The translations under genes were made by a program, and so were the position numbers. A stretch of 63,876 nucleotides of DNA, the filler included, from Octopus bimaculoides (lineage: Eukaryota): assembly GCF_001194135.2 (NCBI RefSeq). It is 11 parts of 10 records of this genome, joined end to end, with 100 filler letters (N's around TTAATTAATTAA, not from the genome) between each part and the next. Parts side by side here need not be neighbours in the genome. Positions count along the whole stretch, not along the records: positions 37,017 to 51,992 come from NC_069005.1; positions 52,093 to 55,213 come from NC_068989.1; positions 55,314 to 56,911 come from NC_068981.1; positions 57,012 to 58,217 come from NW_026332172.1; positions 58,318 to 60,551 come from NW_026305257.1; positions 60,652 to 62,239 come from NC_069001.1; 5 more parts are not named here. One strand, given 5' to 3'. This document shows positions 48,849-62,239 of the stretch, piece after piece. Under the pieces are notes generated by a model, which saw nothing but the letters and a program-made list of their open reading frames with translations, was not told the DNA's origin and made no database searches. Every line of letters starts with the position of its first letter. Within the stretch, counting starts at the first letter, position 1.

Positions 48849-49973
48849 ACAATATTAGTGCATAATCATTATAAGAATGTTGAATATTTTTGATCGTGAC
48901 TTTTAAAAGTTATCTCCCTTGATTTCTTTTATTTTTAATTTTAGTAACTGAAAAGGATTTTTTCACCTTCTAATTGCATTGATAATCTCAGGAGAGGAAT
49001 TTTAGTTCTGTTACTAAGTTGTAACAGGCCTCTGTTAGTTAATAAAAGTATTGGTGTGACATCTGTGTTGATGCTAGTGGTAGCCATCCTGGATCTGTTG
49101 GTTGTGGTACTCTTGTATGTTAGTGGATTACAGTTCTGAGTCTGAAATTAATGCAGCAAGGTTCAGATGCTACACAGTCCTCTGCACCATGCACAAAAAC
49201 GATTGTTACTCAGCTGCTGACCTTAAAACTGCATCTGGATGGGATTTGGTTGTTCGAAGTAGTATGCACTACATTTGCATATTTTCGTTTTTGAGCAGGT
49301 AGTGCACAATTTTTTTATATATGAATATATATGAATGCATGCATGTATGTATTTGTGTTCATATGCTGTTGATGTATTATGACAGACCTTGGGCAACAAG
49401 GACAGATCAGTGATGATGGATAATAGAAGGACTGATTGATTTACCAAAGAATTAGTCAAACAATTGTTTAGTTAATTGGGTAATTAACTAGTACTTATAA
49501 AAGGGAATGACAAATAGAACCAATGTATGTTTTTTTTTATTTGGAAATATGAGTTCTCCCCTACTCATAGAGTTTCTGTTTAGTACCAAGTCAAGATGTT
49601 CAAGTTGTGACTCTGTCATCTTTTATTCAGACAGAGTATCTGTAGGATTTCATCATCTGAAGTCACCTTCTTTTCTTTGGTGATATAAGGGTTAATACGT
49701 TTAGCAGGCCGAGCTATTGGAATGGGACTTGCCTAAATAACACAGTTGCATGTATATGAGTATGCAATACAGAATTAAAACAAGACTTATAATTAATTAT
49801 GGATGGAAATTTATAGTTTTAATTACATAAACAACTATATAGTACAGTAATAATTGAATGGAATATCAAGAAAGACAAAGGAAAAACAATATGGATGTAT
49901 AAGTGTGTATCTGTGCATGTGTGTGTATGTGCACGCATGTATGTGTGTGTGTGTGTTTGTATATACGTATGTA

Positions 49974-50019
<46 letters not shown>

Positions 50020-50861
50020 CGTATGTACACATGTATATATGGGTTTGTATATATATGTGTGTGTGTGTGTGTGTATAAGATGAAAACAGAATCCAAGGAG
50101 ACTGGTGGTGGTCTGTGTTGGCAAGACTTGTATTATTTGGAAAAAGTAACAGAAAGAGGGCAGCAAAATTGGAGTGGAATATCCTACGTTTTGGAAAGAG
50201 TCTTTCTTCAGAGAAAAGTTGACAAGAAGGAAAAGAAAGAAAGACAGAAGTGTTTTGCAGCCTTTCTTTGAAAAACTGGTTACAACTGATGGAGAATCAA
50301 AGACATCATTAGTTTCCTACATAGACAAGAAGTAAAATGAGAAACTTGGAGTCTGAGAGAGAAGGAAAGGGAAATGAAATGAAGAGGAGAAGCAGGTGAA
50401 GGTGAGAAAAACTGGGATGAGAGGGTGGAGCAGAAAGGAATGAATTACTGAATTAAGAGGAGGTAGTAACACCTACCTCTATATTAACAAAACTATAACG
50501 ACCACTAAGCCTTAGTCATAATAACACATTATCCAGAACTTCTGTTGCACATCTTCCAAAACTCACTCATTGCATCACCTGCAAACTGCACAGTGCTCTT
50601 TATTTTGGGGAAATAAGCTGTCACCTTACTGATCACTTTCAGAAGCATATTCAAAGCACACAAATATGTTGACTTTACCATCCACTTCGACATAATAAGT
50701 GTTCTGTTCCATTATACATTTATTACTATGCAGGATATCCACACACCATGGATCCATATGCTCAAGAAAACAGAACAAACAGCATTTCATATTCAAACTC
50801 AAAGCCAAATCACAAACAGATTTAAACGAACATTTGTGCCAGTGACACATTAAAAACAATC

Positions 50862-51006
50862 AGTACATTCTGTAAAGTGGTTGGCATTTAGAAAGGACAT
50901 CCAGCTGTAGAAACCACGCCAAACAGGCTGGAACCTAGAGCAGCTCTCCTGCTTGCCAGTTCTAGTCAAACTGTCTAACCCATGCCAGCATGGGAAACAG
51001 ACATTA

Positions 51007-51044
<38 letters not shown>
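50862..51044 (+). mobile_element. RTE LINE 3' end, opposite orientation, with a long (GAT)n tail
   Basis: ggcattagaaaggacatccagctgtagaaac...ccatgccagcatggg...(gat)n; reverse complement of the family above. A shorter copy lies at about 25620-25686. Confidence 0.7.
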
Positions 51045-51049
<5 letters not shown>

Positions 51050-51418
51050 ATTCTACTCCTAAACCGTGTCTTAGTTTAGTAATTCTCTTACCTTTTAGCT
51101 CCCCTCTCATCCCAATTTTCCCTTACACATCGACCTTATTTACTTTTCTGTCTCTTACTCTCCAAATTTCTCACTCCTACCATTTCTTGTCTACAGATGA
51201 AGATCATGTCTTATGTTTCCCATCAGTTGCACCCAGTTTTTCAAAACATAGAGGATGCAAAACTCTGGTGTCATTCTTTTATTTCTTTCCCGTCAACTTT
51301 ACTTTGAAGAAGGAACAGATCTGAAACATTGACTATGCCAATCCACATGGCAATTCTATTCATTCTGTTGCTTTTTCTTTACAAACAATACACACACTCG
51401 CATATTGTGTGTGTATAC

Positions 51419-51472
<54 letters not shown>

Positions 51473-51579
51473 TACACTTATACAGATATACAAAAATTGA
51501 ATTGTGTCAAACAAATGAGAAACAAGTGCTCAATACATGTTCTATATATGATATATTGAAACGGAATTTTTTATTTCAT

Positions 51580-51610
51580 GACTCAAGTTTCACACCACTG
51601 CGATCTTCAG
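51580..51610 (-). ncRNA. Decayed minimal hammerhead motif
   Basis: CTGAAGA-TCGC(AGTG)GTGT-GAAAC-TTGA-GTC followed by AATAAA. Core nucleotides are intact; stems I and II are weakened. Confidence 0.35.
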
Positions 51611-51925
51611 GCAAGAACTGTTACGAACTGTTCAACTCTTTGGAAGGAAAAAAAGATGAAGTCTAATGGCAGAATACAAACCTGCAGCTATCATATCTGT
51701 AGGCTGCTTTCAACCCTTTTCCCATTCAAGGGGTTTTTAACTGAATATATTACAAGTTATTATGTATAGGTGCATCCACTTTGAGACTCACCCATAAAAT
51801 AATATATTTCACATTTTCTCGAAGTATCTACAAATATATATTTGTGTATACACATATTCACAAAAAATATGTATATATACATATACGTGTGTATGTATAT
51901 ATATATAGATGTTACTTATACTGAT

Positions 51926-51992
<67 letters not shown>

Positions 51993-52645
51993 NNNNNNNN
52001 NNNNNNNNNNNNNNNNNNNNNNNNNNNNNNNNNNNNTTAATTAATTAANNNNNNNNNNNNNNNNNNNNNNNNNNNNNNNNNNNNNNNNNNNNTATATATA
52101 TATATATATATATCTTTTACGTGTTTCAGTCATTAGACTAGGGTCACGCTGGGGCATTGCTTTGAAGGAATTTAGTTGAACGAATCGCACCCAGTTACTT
52201 TTTCCTTTAAAGCCTGGTATTTATTCTATCGGTCTGTTTTGCCGAACTACTCAGTTATAGGGATGTAAACACACTAACACCGTTGTCAAGCAGTAATGGA
52301 GAACAAACACAAACACAAACACACAGATATATATATATATTAATAAGGAGTAACTATTAAGAAGAGAATATCTATATAGATATCATTATTATTATTATCT
52401 GCAGTAATATAAATAGCTGATAATAATAACAACAACAACAACAATATAGGTGGTTGCATTAGATAGTTGCAGACTTAAAATTTATATCAATCATAAGGGC
52501 TCAGGAGGTGCCTACCTGTTGTATATTCTGTCGTATATTTTCGGTCTCAATGACGGTTTTAACACCTCTATCTTGCAGGATATACATAACGATAACTATG
52601 AAAGTGACCGTGCTTTACCAGTAAGCTACTAGTTTTAACCGTTCG

Positions 52646-52681
<36 letters not shown>

Positions 52682-52716
52682 CCTCGCGATAAAACGTAGC
52701 CGACCCAGGAACTAAC

Positions 52717-52762
<46 letters not shown>

Positions 52763-52933
52763 AACACACCTTCTATATCTGTGTTCCATCTTGTTTATCT
52801 ACATATATATGTATATATATAAACAAAATCGATCACAATTTCATGATTAATGCCAAGTTTCTTTGCGAATTTGCAAGCTGCCTTGACAATAAAATGTGAT
52901 TTTTTTGCTATATTATTATTATTATTATTATTA

Positions 52934-52965
<32 letters not shown>

Positions 52966-53049
52966 TTATCTTTATCACAGGTTTTGTTGGAGCTCCTGGA
53001 ATCTTGAATGCGTAGCGAGCTTACTACATGCAGCCTACGTTACCATGCT

Positions 53050-53520
53050 ATTATTCGTTCTTTTCAGATATCAAATACTTTCCTGATTATTCTGGCCGTA
53101 CCAAGGAGGCAAACATTTTGTAACAGTTCTACTAGGTACTCTATTGCAATTTCTTTTATATTTCTCTTGATGCCTTCTGATACTGTTCCCAAGGACCCAA
53201 CAATAATTGGCACTATCTCCACCTTCATTTTCCATAGCCGTGCTATTACGTACTTAAGTGGGTTGTATCCATCTATCTTTTTGCCTTTCTTCTTGACTAT
53301 TCGTAGGTCAAAGGGGCATGCAACATCAACTATATATTATATGTGTGGTGCCCATTGTCCGCCACCAGTAAGTCCGGTCTGTTATGCTCTAGCACCTGAT
53401 CTATAGCGATTGGGAAATCCCAGAGGATTTTGCTAGTCTCCGACTCTGCCACTCTCTGTAGTTTGTACTCATACCACGTCTTGCCTCTCTCTCTCTAGCC
53501 CCACTTTTCTGCACAGCTTG
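53050..53520 (-). mobile_element. R4/Dong-like LINE 3' fragment, same family as 2170-2830
   Basis: Clear nucleotide similarity to 2440-2600 (ttttgctagtctccgactc..ctcataccacgtcttgcctctctctagccccactttt); peptide ESETSKILWDFPI...HNRPDLLV. Confidence 0.8.
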
Positions 53521-53879
53521 TTATCATTTTACTTTTCAGAGCTCTTGGTCTTACTTGCTCTGGTTGATTCTGCGAGAACGAACTACAACCTGTTGTCAGA
53601 GGTCTCACAGGGTCTCTTTCTACAAATGTTGTAAAGCGATCTTTTGCTACTGTTATATCTGTCTTTTGAAAACAGTTTTCGCTCTGACAAATATTGTTAT
53701 ATTCCGAAGTCGTCGATAGAGTGTTTCTATCTAACACTATTCGACCTTCAGTCGTATAGTGTTATTATCCTCAAAAGGTTGGATCGTTATAACGTTCACT
53801 CAGTATCACATTATATTTATTATATCAGCAGAGACACGACTATCAACACAGTCTACTACAGTATCTGCGACTTTCCTGA

Positions 53880-54480
53880 CCCTTTTTTCCTGTCGACCGG
53901 CTACTGGTCTATTTATAATGGCTGGCTACTACCACTTTTTACTTTCTTATTAACTTTCTCGTGAAAGAAGTTTATTACTGTATATGAGGTTGGTTGTTTA
54001 CACCTCACGAGCTCAGCTACTTTGTGTAGCTGTCCACTACTATTTAGTAATAATATCCATTTACCGGACCTGCAAAATTCATATGCAATTGGGACCATAG
54101 TATTTCAACTTCCGGCTAAGGCTCCCATTTTGTAGTAGATAGTTTCGCTGCCAGCACACATCCTCTGCAGCCTTTTCAACTTCCTTCTTCATGCTTAGCG
54201 AGTATACGAAACTTCGCACCAGCGCTTTCGTTCTAGAGGTGCCTGGATATCCCACATGGAACGCTTTTAGCATCTCTTTTGAAATGTCTGTGGTATGACC
54301 ATCCTCTGACCGTACACCATCACATATAGAGTACACATTCATATCTTGGCAGTTCTTTGCATCAGACCTTTGTTTATTTAAATTTTGCCGACTAGTTTTC
54401 TTTGTCTCATTAATAAATTTGTCATTTCTCGCGTTTCTTATAATTTCTTCTATTGGTAGTTCATGCACGATGTTCCACAT
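53880..54480 (-). mobile_element. Ty3/gypsy integrase remnant (HHCC zinc-binding region)
   Basis: LKAFHVGYPGTSRTKALVRSFVYSLSMKKEVE is a decayed form of LH.GHPG..RMKALARSYVWWP.M..DIE. Downstream sequence is degenerate. Confidence 0.65.
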
Positions 54481-55790
54481 CACATTTTTTTGTTTCAGTT
54501 CATCAACCTTGTTCAATCGTTTGACTGCTCCGTTTATGCTATTGCACAAAAGGCTTGTGGGTGTATCGCATAAATTAAATTTCTTCATACATTCGGTGCC
54601 AAATGAATTCCTGGATTTTTCAACACATAAACATTCACTTTTTTCTTTCGAACTTTCCTGTGAAATATAATTTCCTTCCCGTAACACCATACGTTATTTT
54701 GTTTCAACTACATAATTTTGGTTTACCCATTTGTTTCCATGTTTTATCGTTTATGATTGTGATATCACTTCCCGTGTCCAACTGCCTTTTGACACTAGCG
54801 TTTTCAGTTCTCACATACACGACTTTTCTGTTTGCTGTAGTCACAACTTTTCCTGCTGACAAACTATTTATTTATTTTTGTTTTGTTTGTTCTATTTTCC
54901 TATCATTCTAGTTTTGCAGTGCGATTTTATATGTCCCTATAAACCCGCAGCGAAAACACTTTGCTTTTTTACACGGACAATCTTTTTTCAGGTGCATCCC
55001 ACCACATGCAATACATGGGTCTACATATCGATATTTTTTTCTGTTTTTCCTGCAACACTTTATTTGTCTTCCATTATTTTTGCACTGCTCTTATATGAAA
55101 AGACACTTTCCGTTGCATTTATTCTGTGCCATGCCTTTAATATCCTGTCACACTCCTCTGAGAATTTCTACAATTTAAAATCCTGGTTCATTTCAAGTTT
55201 TGATAAAATATTCNNNNNNNNNNNNNNNNNNNNNNNNNNNNNNNNNNNNNNNNNNNNTTAATTAATTAANNNNNNNNNNNNNNNNNNNNNNNNNNNNNNN
55301 NNNNNNNNNNNNNTATATATATACATACACACATACACTTGCGTTCCCTTTTTGTATATTCTCCCACATATATTTACACACACACACAATGTATGCTTGG
55401 AATATATATAAGTATCCTTTAGTACCTTTTTCGAGCAAGTTGCCTTGCTTCTTCTTCACATGCAAGTCTCCTAGCCAGCTCTTCAAGGGCAACTTTTAGT
55501 TCCTCTTGCCATTCTTTTTCCTATATGAATGAAATATAGACAGCATACATTTTAGGGACCTGTATCATTTTTGTGACAGAAATGAATTTTTCTAGTTACA
55601 ATAGTGAAATAAGAATTTATTGTAAAGAAAACCATAATTTTCAAGCAAAACCCAACAAGTACTATCTACTAATATACATCTGGAAAGTAAGTAGACACAT
55701 CATAATATGTGCGTGTATGTGTATATATAAATATATATATATACTTTATTATTAGAGTTGCAAAAACATCATAATAATATCCCCCAAAAT

Positions 55791-55877
55791 TGCTACTTAG
55801 AGTTTCACATTCCTGTGCATCGAGCAGTTGTGGATCACAACTGCCCGATGAACAAGAATGTGAAACTCTGAGTAGCA
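55791..55877. ncRNA. 87-nt palindrome formed by two inverted Penelope-type minimal hammerhead-like motifs
   Basis: 42-bp arms with 4 mismatches and a 3-nt loop. The right arm reads CTGC-CCGATGA-ACA(AGAA)TGT-GAAAC-TCTGA-GTA-GCAG. Confidence 0.55.
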
Positions 55878-55996
55878 GATTTTTGGGATATTGCTGTGAT
55901 GTTTTTCAAGCTTTCATAATAAAACATATTACTCTGCCACCAGTATTTGAGTACTATTTTTTCCCACCTTGTTTCACATTTATGTGCTTACTCTGG

Positions 55997-56046
<50 letters not shown>

Positions 56047-56107
56047 CACACAGCATAAACATAGACATATTTCCAAACATATGAACTCATAGGCACACAC
56101 ACACATG

Positions 56108-56151
<44 letters not shown>

Positions 56152-56340
56152 TATACATTTAAATTTTCATAGAACCTTTTACCATCTCTCTGGTACCTTA
56201 AGAAAAAGAAGAGAAAAATGGAAAAAATGGTAAAAAAAAGAGATAACTGCACCCATCCTAGAACTGACTTCTTGGAGAGGTCACCATCCTTGAACTTATT
56301 TCAATAGAATAGTAAATGACTAAATAAATAAATGAATCAT

Positions 56341-56626
56341 CATTATCATCATCATCGTTTAACGCCTGCTTTCCATGCTAGCATGGGTTGGACGATTTGA
56401 CTGAGGACTGGTGAAACCAGATGGCAACACCAGGCTCCAATCTAATTTGGCAGAGTTTCTACAGCTGGATGCCCTTCCTAACGCCAACCACTCAGAGAGT
56501 GTAGTGGGTGCTTTTACGTGTCACCCGCACGAGGGCCAGTCAGGCGGTACTGGCAACGGCCACGCTCAAAATGGTGTCTTTTATGTGCCACCCGTACAAG
56601 AGCCAGTCCAGAGGCACTGGCAACAA
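56341..56626 (-). mobile_element. RTE LINE 3' end with (GAT)n tail
   Basis: Dispersed copy of the 27281-27595 sequence. Confidence 0.75.
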
Positions 56627-56667
56627 TGGAAGTAAAAATTGAAGGGGGGGGGTCCCTCCCCCACTCT

Positions 56668-56672
56668 CTACC

Positions 56673-56747
<75 letters not shown>

Positions 56748-56770
56748 ATATATATATACATATATATATA
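56668..56770. repeat. (CTAT)n/(TA)n microsatellite; other GATA arrays at about 21657, 22472 and 57420
   Basis: Seen directly. Confidence 0.9.
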
Positions 56771-57344
56771 AGGTTGAGGAGGGTATTGGATTTAACCAAA
56801 CCCAAGAGTATACAGGTAATACCGAGTAAGTGCTGTATACCGACTAGTTTGTCCCAGTCGTTGTATGAACAGGATTGGGGATTATAAGTCGTATATTAGT
56901 GTGTGTATATGNNNNNNNNNNNNNNNNNNNNNNNNNNNNNNNNNNNNNNNNNNNNTTAATTAATTAANNNNNNNNNNNNNNNNNNNNNNNNNNNNNNNNN
57001 NNNNNNNNNNNGTGTGTGTGTGTGTGTGTGTGTGTGTGCACACATAGACAGATAAAATCTAAGACTGATGGCTTTTCTTTCTTTAGTAAAGTTTTTCTAA
57101 TTTTCCCCAAAATATTTCGTGGTAATATAAACATTTCCGGGGAATTATAGCACTCTAATGTATATGTTTTGAGTTCAGATTTAAACAATTTGGTGTGTTC
57201 GAAACGTTTCGCTTAGTTCCTTTTTCTTTCCTCCCGGCTTTTAAAATGTTTTTTATCACTTTTTTGAGACTCATTGTTTCTTTAGAAAATTGAGATATAC
57301 TTTCAATGCTACTTTTGTCGCACATATATGTATGTATGTTTTTA

Positions 57345-57385
<41 letters not shown>

Positions 57386-57435
57386 CGTTCGTTAGTTAGC
57401 TATATAGGTAGATTGATAAATAGATAGATAGATGA

Positions 57436-57490
<55 letters not shown>

Positions 57491-58360
57491 TAAACGTAAA
57501 AATAGTTGAATTTTGCTTTCAGTTTTCTTCTCCTTAAGTTGTTTTCTCGGAAAACATTGTCGTTGACTTTTATTCAACGGAAAACACTAATACTACTCGA
57601 TTAAATATACTTATTTCTAACAATTAATGCATTGTATATCTTTTTTTAAATATGAAAAATAGAAGAATTTATATATTTATTATTCGATAAACTTATCTCT
57701 AAGGAACTGTATTAAAATTTGCTATATTTGTCTATTCATGTTAAAAATTAGTTCGCCTACAATACAAACATATTTTCAGAAAGATAGGAAGTAGCAAACA
57801 AATATCTTACATTTCCTTTTCTTTTTTTCGTGTGAATAAGCCTTAATTTATTTATCAAATATAGGGAAAGATTATAATTTGAAAGCAAATATACGGATCA
57901 CTTCATTGGTCATAAATTTCCCGAAATATTTTATCAAATATTTATTTTTCCAAGACACAATACCAATGCTCGAGGAAATGACTATGATTGATTGAATAGT
58001 TACTGATTTCTGCAGATGAAAAAAATGAACAAAAAATGCAAAGTCAGCTTTCATGTCAATTCGGGGCAATGCATAAGTTTATATACAACACTGAAATAGA
58101 TATTATATCAATTTTGGGGCCATACAAGTATAATCAGACACTGAATAAAGAAGTATTACTATCCAAGTATGATTGTATGTTTATATGTATGTGTGTATGT
58201 ATGTACGTAAATATATANNNNNNNNNNNNNNNNNNNNNNNNNNNNNNNNNNNNNNNNNNNNTTAATTAATTAANNNNNNNNNNNNNNNNNNNNNNNNNNN
58301 NNNNNNNNNNNNNNNNNAATATATACACACCCTTTATACACACGTACTTTTATATATGTA

Positions 58361-58750
58361 TTGTTGTTGTTGGCACTCTGTCGCTTACTACGTCAAGGGT
58401 TCCAGTTGATCCGATCAACGGAACAGCCTGCTCGTGAAATTAACGTGCAAGTGGCTGAGCACTCCACAGACACGTGTACCCTTAACGTAGTTCTCGGGGA
58501 TATTCAGCGTGACACAGAGTGTGACAAGGCTGACCCTTTGAATTACAGGCACAACAGAAACAGGAAGTAATAGTGAGAGAAAGTTGTGGTGGAAGAATAC
58601 AGCAGGATTCGCCACCCCACCCCCTGCCGGAGCCTCGTGGAGCTTTAGGTGTTTTCGCTCAATAAACACTCACAACGCCCGGTCTGGGAATCGAAACTGC
58701 GATCCTATGACCGCGAGTCCGTTGCCCTAACCAATGGGCCATTGCGCCTC
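58361..58750 (-). mobile_element. SINE family C with (CAA)n tail
   Basis: Dispersed copy of 48486-48848. Confidence 0.85.
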
Positions 58751-59059
58751 TACACTTTTATATATATACATATACATTCATACATATGCGTACATACATA
58801 CATAAGTCTGTGTGCGTGCGTGTGTGTGTGTAACAGTGGTTATGTGGTAAGAAGCTAGCTTTCCAACCACATAGTTCTGGGTTCAGTCCCAATGCATGAT
58901 ACCTTCGGTTTGACCAAAGTCTTGTGAGTGGATTTCATAGAGGGAAATTGAAAAAAGCCTGTCGTATATACAGGGTGGTCCGAAATTAAGGAAACCGAAG
59001 TTTCGGGCTTTAATAAGTGTCTTTTTGTTTCAGACTAAATAATTCAGTTTTATGAATTA

Positions 59060-59380
59060 GATAATCGGGCTCACAATCATGAGGTTGTTAGTTCGATTCC
59101 CGGACCAGCCTGTGTGTTGTGTTCTTAAGCAAGACACTTTCTCTCACATTGCTCCAGTTTTCACTCAGCTGTAGAAAGGGGTTGCGTCGTCACTGGTGCC
59201 AAGCTGCATCGGCCCCTTTGTCTTTCCCTTGGACAACGTCGGTGGCGTGGAGAGAGGAGACCGGTATCCATGGGTGATTGCTGGTCTTCCATAAACAACT
59301 TTGCCCGGACTTGTGCCTCGGAAGAGAACTTGCTATGTGCATTTCATGGTCATTCATGACCGAAGGGGCCCTTTTTTTAA
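59060..59380 (+). mobile_element. tRNA-derived SINE with a central conserved domain (family D)
   Basis: B box GTTCGATTCC, then ttgtgttcttaagcaagacacttt..ttgctccag and a 3' tail ...catggtcattcatgaccgaaggg. Related heads at about 27630-27830 (+) and 47200-47370 (-). Confidence 0.6.
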
Positions 59381-59739
59381 TGTCAATTATATTTAAACTA
59401 ACCCCACGTTATAGGTCAATGCGTCAATATAGTACAAAATAATTGCCAAAGATTCACAGAGTTTGAACCTGGAACTATATAGTTCTGAAACGAGACCATT
59501 TGGCATACATGTCTATGCCCACATATATATNNNNNNNNNNNNNNNNNNNNNNNNNNNNNNNNNNNNNNNNNNNNNNNNNNNNNNNNNNNNNNNNNNNNNN
59601 NNNNNNNNNNNNNNNNNNNNNNNNNNNNNNNNNNNNNNNNNNNNNNNNNNNNNNNNNNNNNNNNNNNNNNNNNNNNNNNNNNNNNNNNNNNNNNNNNNNN
59701 NNNNNNNNNNNNNNNNNNNNNNNNTATATACATATACTC

Positions 59740-60129
59740 TTTACTCTTTTCAGTCATTTGACTGCGGCCATGCTGGAACATCGCCTTTTAGTCGAACAAA
59801 TCGAACCCAGAGCTTATTCTTTGTAAGCCTAGTACTTATTCTATCAGTATCTTTTGCCGAACCGCTAGGTTACGGTGATGTAAACACACCAGCAATGGTG
59901 TCAAGCGATGTTGGGAGACAAACACAGACACACAAACTTATACAGACACACACACATACATATATACGACGGGCTTGTTTCAGTTTCCATCTACCAAATC
60001 CACTGACGAGGCTTTGGTCGGCCCGAGGCTATAGTAGAAGACACTTACCCAAGGTACCACGCAGTGTGACTGAACCCGGAACCATGTGGTTCGTAAGCAA
60101 GCTACTTACCACACAGCCACTCCTGCGCC
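59740..60129 (-). mobile_element. SINE family B, full length
   Basis: Near-identical to 4880-5276. Partial copies also lie at about 52108-52320 (-) and 58835-58968 (+). Confidence 0.85.
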
Positions 60130-60511
60130 TATATATATATATGTGTGTGTGTGTATTACTATTTGTTTTTATATATATATATATATATACACTCATTAAT
60201 ATGTGTCTATGTTCGTATCAGCATTTGACATGAGTCCTGTACACAATGAATATAGAGTTTATCCACAAGGGACTGGAGACGTCGACCAGAGACCAGTCAT
60301 CTGATATATACCGGAGGACCACACAGTTCGTCAGAAGACATACATAGATGCCGCTTACGGTAGGATGGTAATAATTATAACAAAAACCAAAACAACTTCG
60401 ACAATAACTTTGATAGGGGTATAATAGTCACAGCAGTGGCGATCTTAATAGCAAGAACAGCGTCATAGACAAGAGGTAGGTTTATTACTCCAAAAGGAAA
60501 ATAAGGAAATA

Positions 60512-60551
<40 letters not shown>

Positions 60552-62204
60552 NNNNNNNNNNNNNNNNNNNNNNNNNNNNNNNNNNNNNNNNNNNNTTAAT
60601 TAATTAANNNNNNNNNNNNNNNNNNNNNNNNNNNNNNNNNNNNNNNNNNNNATATATATATGTATATGTACATATATATATACATATACATATATATGTA
60701 TATATATACATATATATATACATATACATATATATGTATATATATATACATATATATATATGTATAGTATATGTATATGTATATGTATATATATATATAT
60801 GTATATATATATATGTAGATATATATATACACAAACACCTATAGATATGCATATATATATATGTATGCATATTTATATATATATATATATATACACACAT
60901 AGATTTATACATATATTACGGAGTTGTATATACGCATACTGTCTTTATCTGCCTCTTTCTTTCTCAAACGTTTACACACAGACACACACACTCACACCTA
61001 CACTCAGACGCACATGCTTGCACATACATAAATCCACAGGCATCGTGACATAAGAGCATACACAATCAGGCAACATCCTTTTTCAGGCAAGACATAAAGG
61101 TGTACTTGCTTACGACATTATTACGGTAAGATTAAAATATACAAAAACTGGAGTAAAGAAAAAGAAAAACCAAAGAATCAGACACCAATTCGAAGACACC
61201 CACCTCAAAAAAACAATAAAATAACAAAAGTAAAAATGAATCACTACCGCCATGTTGAATTCTTGGGCCGATTCATATAATCTGTTATTAATAGGATAAA
61301 TAATCGTGAAAGCAAAGCTATCAACAAACCCTCCAAGATAAAAGCAGGAGTATATTGTTTGAGTATTATGCTGTTTTAAGTTTCATAAATCACATATGGT
61401 TTACACGTGAATGCTTGCATGCTGTGTAAATATGTAATGAAATTGTATACCTTGCATGTCACGCCGAGGAGACGGTCTGGTACAGCTGAAGACACTCAGA
61501 ACATAAAAAGATGAATCCAGTTGGAATTTCGAAAGCTACACGTTCATTGTTTTTGCTTGAACTTGACAATGACGCGTTGAGGTCTTCATTCGCAGCACGT
61601 TTTCTGTCAACGAAGTATATGAAAGGTTCGCCGAAGTCGCCAATCGCGAGCGAGTATAACCAATTACTACGTACTGAGATTTCGCGATGTGGGAACTCCC
61701 AGCAGACTTAGACTCTCTCTCGGTACTCCCACACTCGGCACAGCAAAGAATCGAGGGATATGACAGAGGGCAGCACTAACAGTAGGCTGATACTCATATT
61801 CAGCTGAGTAGAAGAGTTTAAGAGTTTTTATTACTTATATAATAAACTACTTGTTCGTTCGCCCGTTATACATTAGTTAGTTAGAGAGATGGAGATGGAG
61901 TGAGTGAGAGAAAGGGAGGAGTGAAGAAAGAAGAAAGGAAGAAGTAGAGAAAGGGGATTAATATTAATACACTTAGGCCAAATGCGCCACGTGGTCAGCT
62001 GAAGGTAGAGGCAAAGAACGAGACAAAAAGACGACGAGAGAAAAGAGGGAGAGAGAAAAGAGGGAGAGAGAAATGTTAATGACGTGCGGAGAAGGAATAC
62101 TTATTACGTGGTTAAAAAGTTAGCTGAAGGGAAAGGTAGACAGACAGAGATGGACTGGGGAGACTTGTGTAAAGAGCTAGTCTGGACTACATTTTAGAAT
62201 ATCT

Positions 62205-62239
<35 letters not shown>

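Noticed and set aside
55791-55877. Interpretation of the 87-nt hairpin as a pre-miRNA
   Set aside because: The 3-nt loop and near-perfect stem are atypical, and the hammerhead/PLE reading explains the internal motifs better; only small-RNA data could revive this.
58700-58750. tRNA-like heads with A and B boxes
   Set aside because: They continue into SINE bodies and lack a full cloverleaf and acceptor stem; not tRNA genes.
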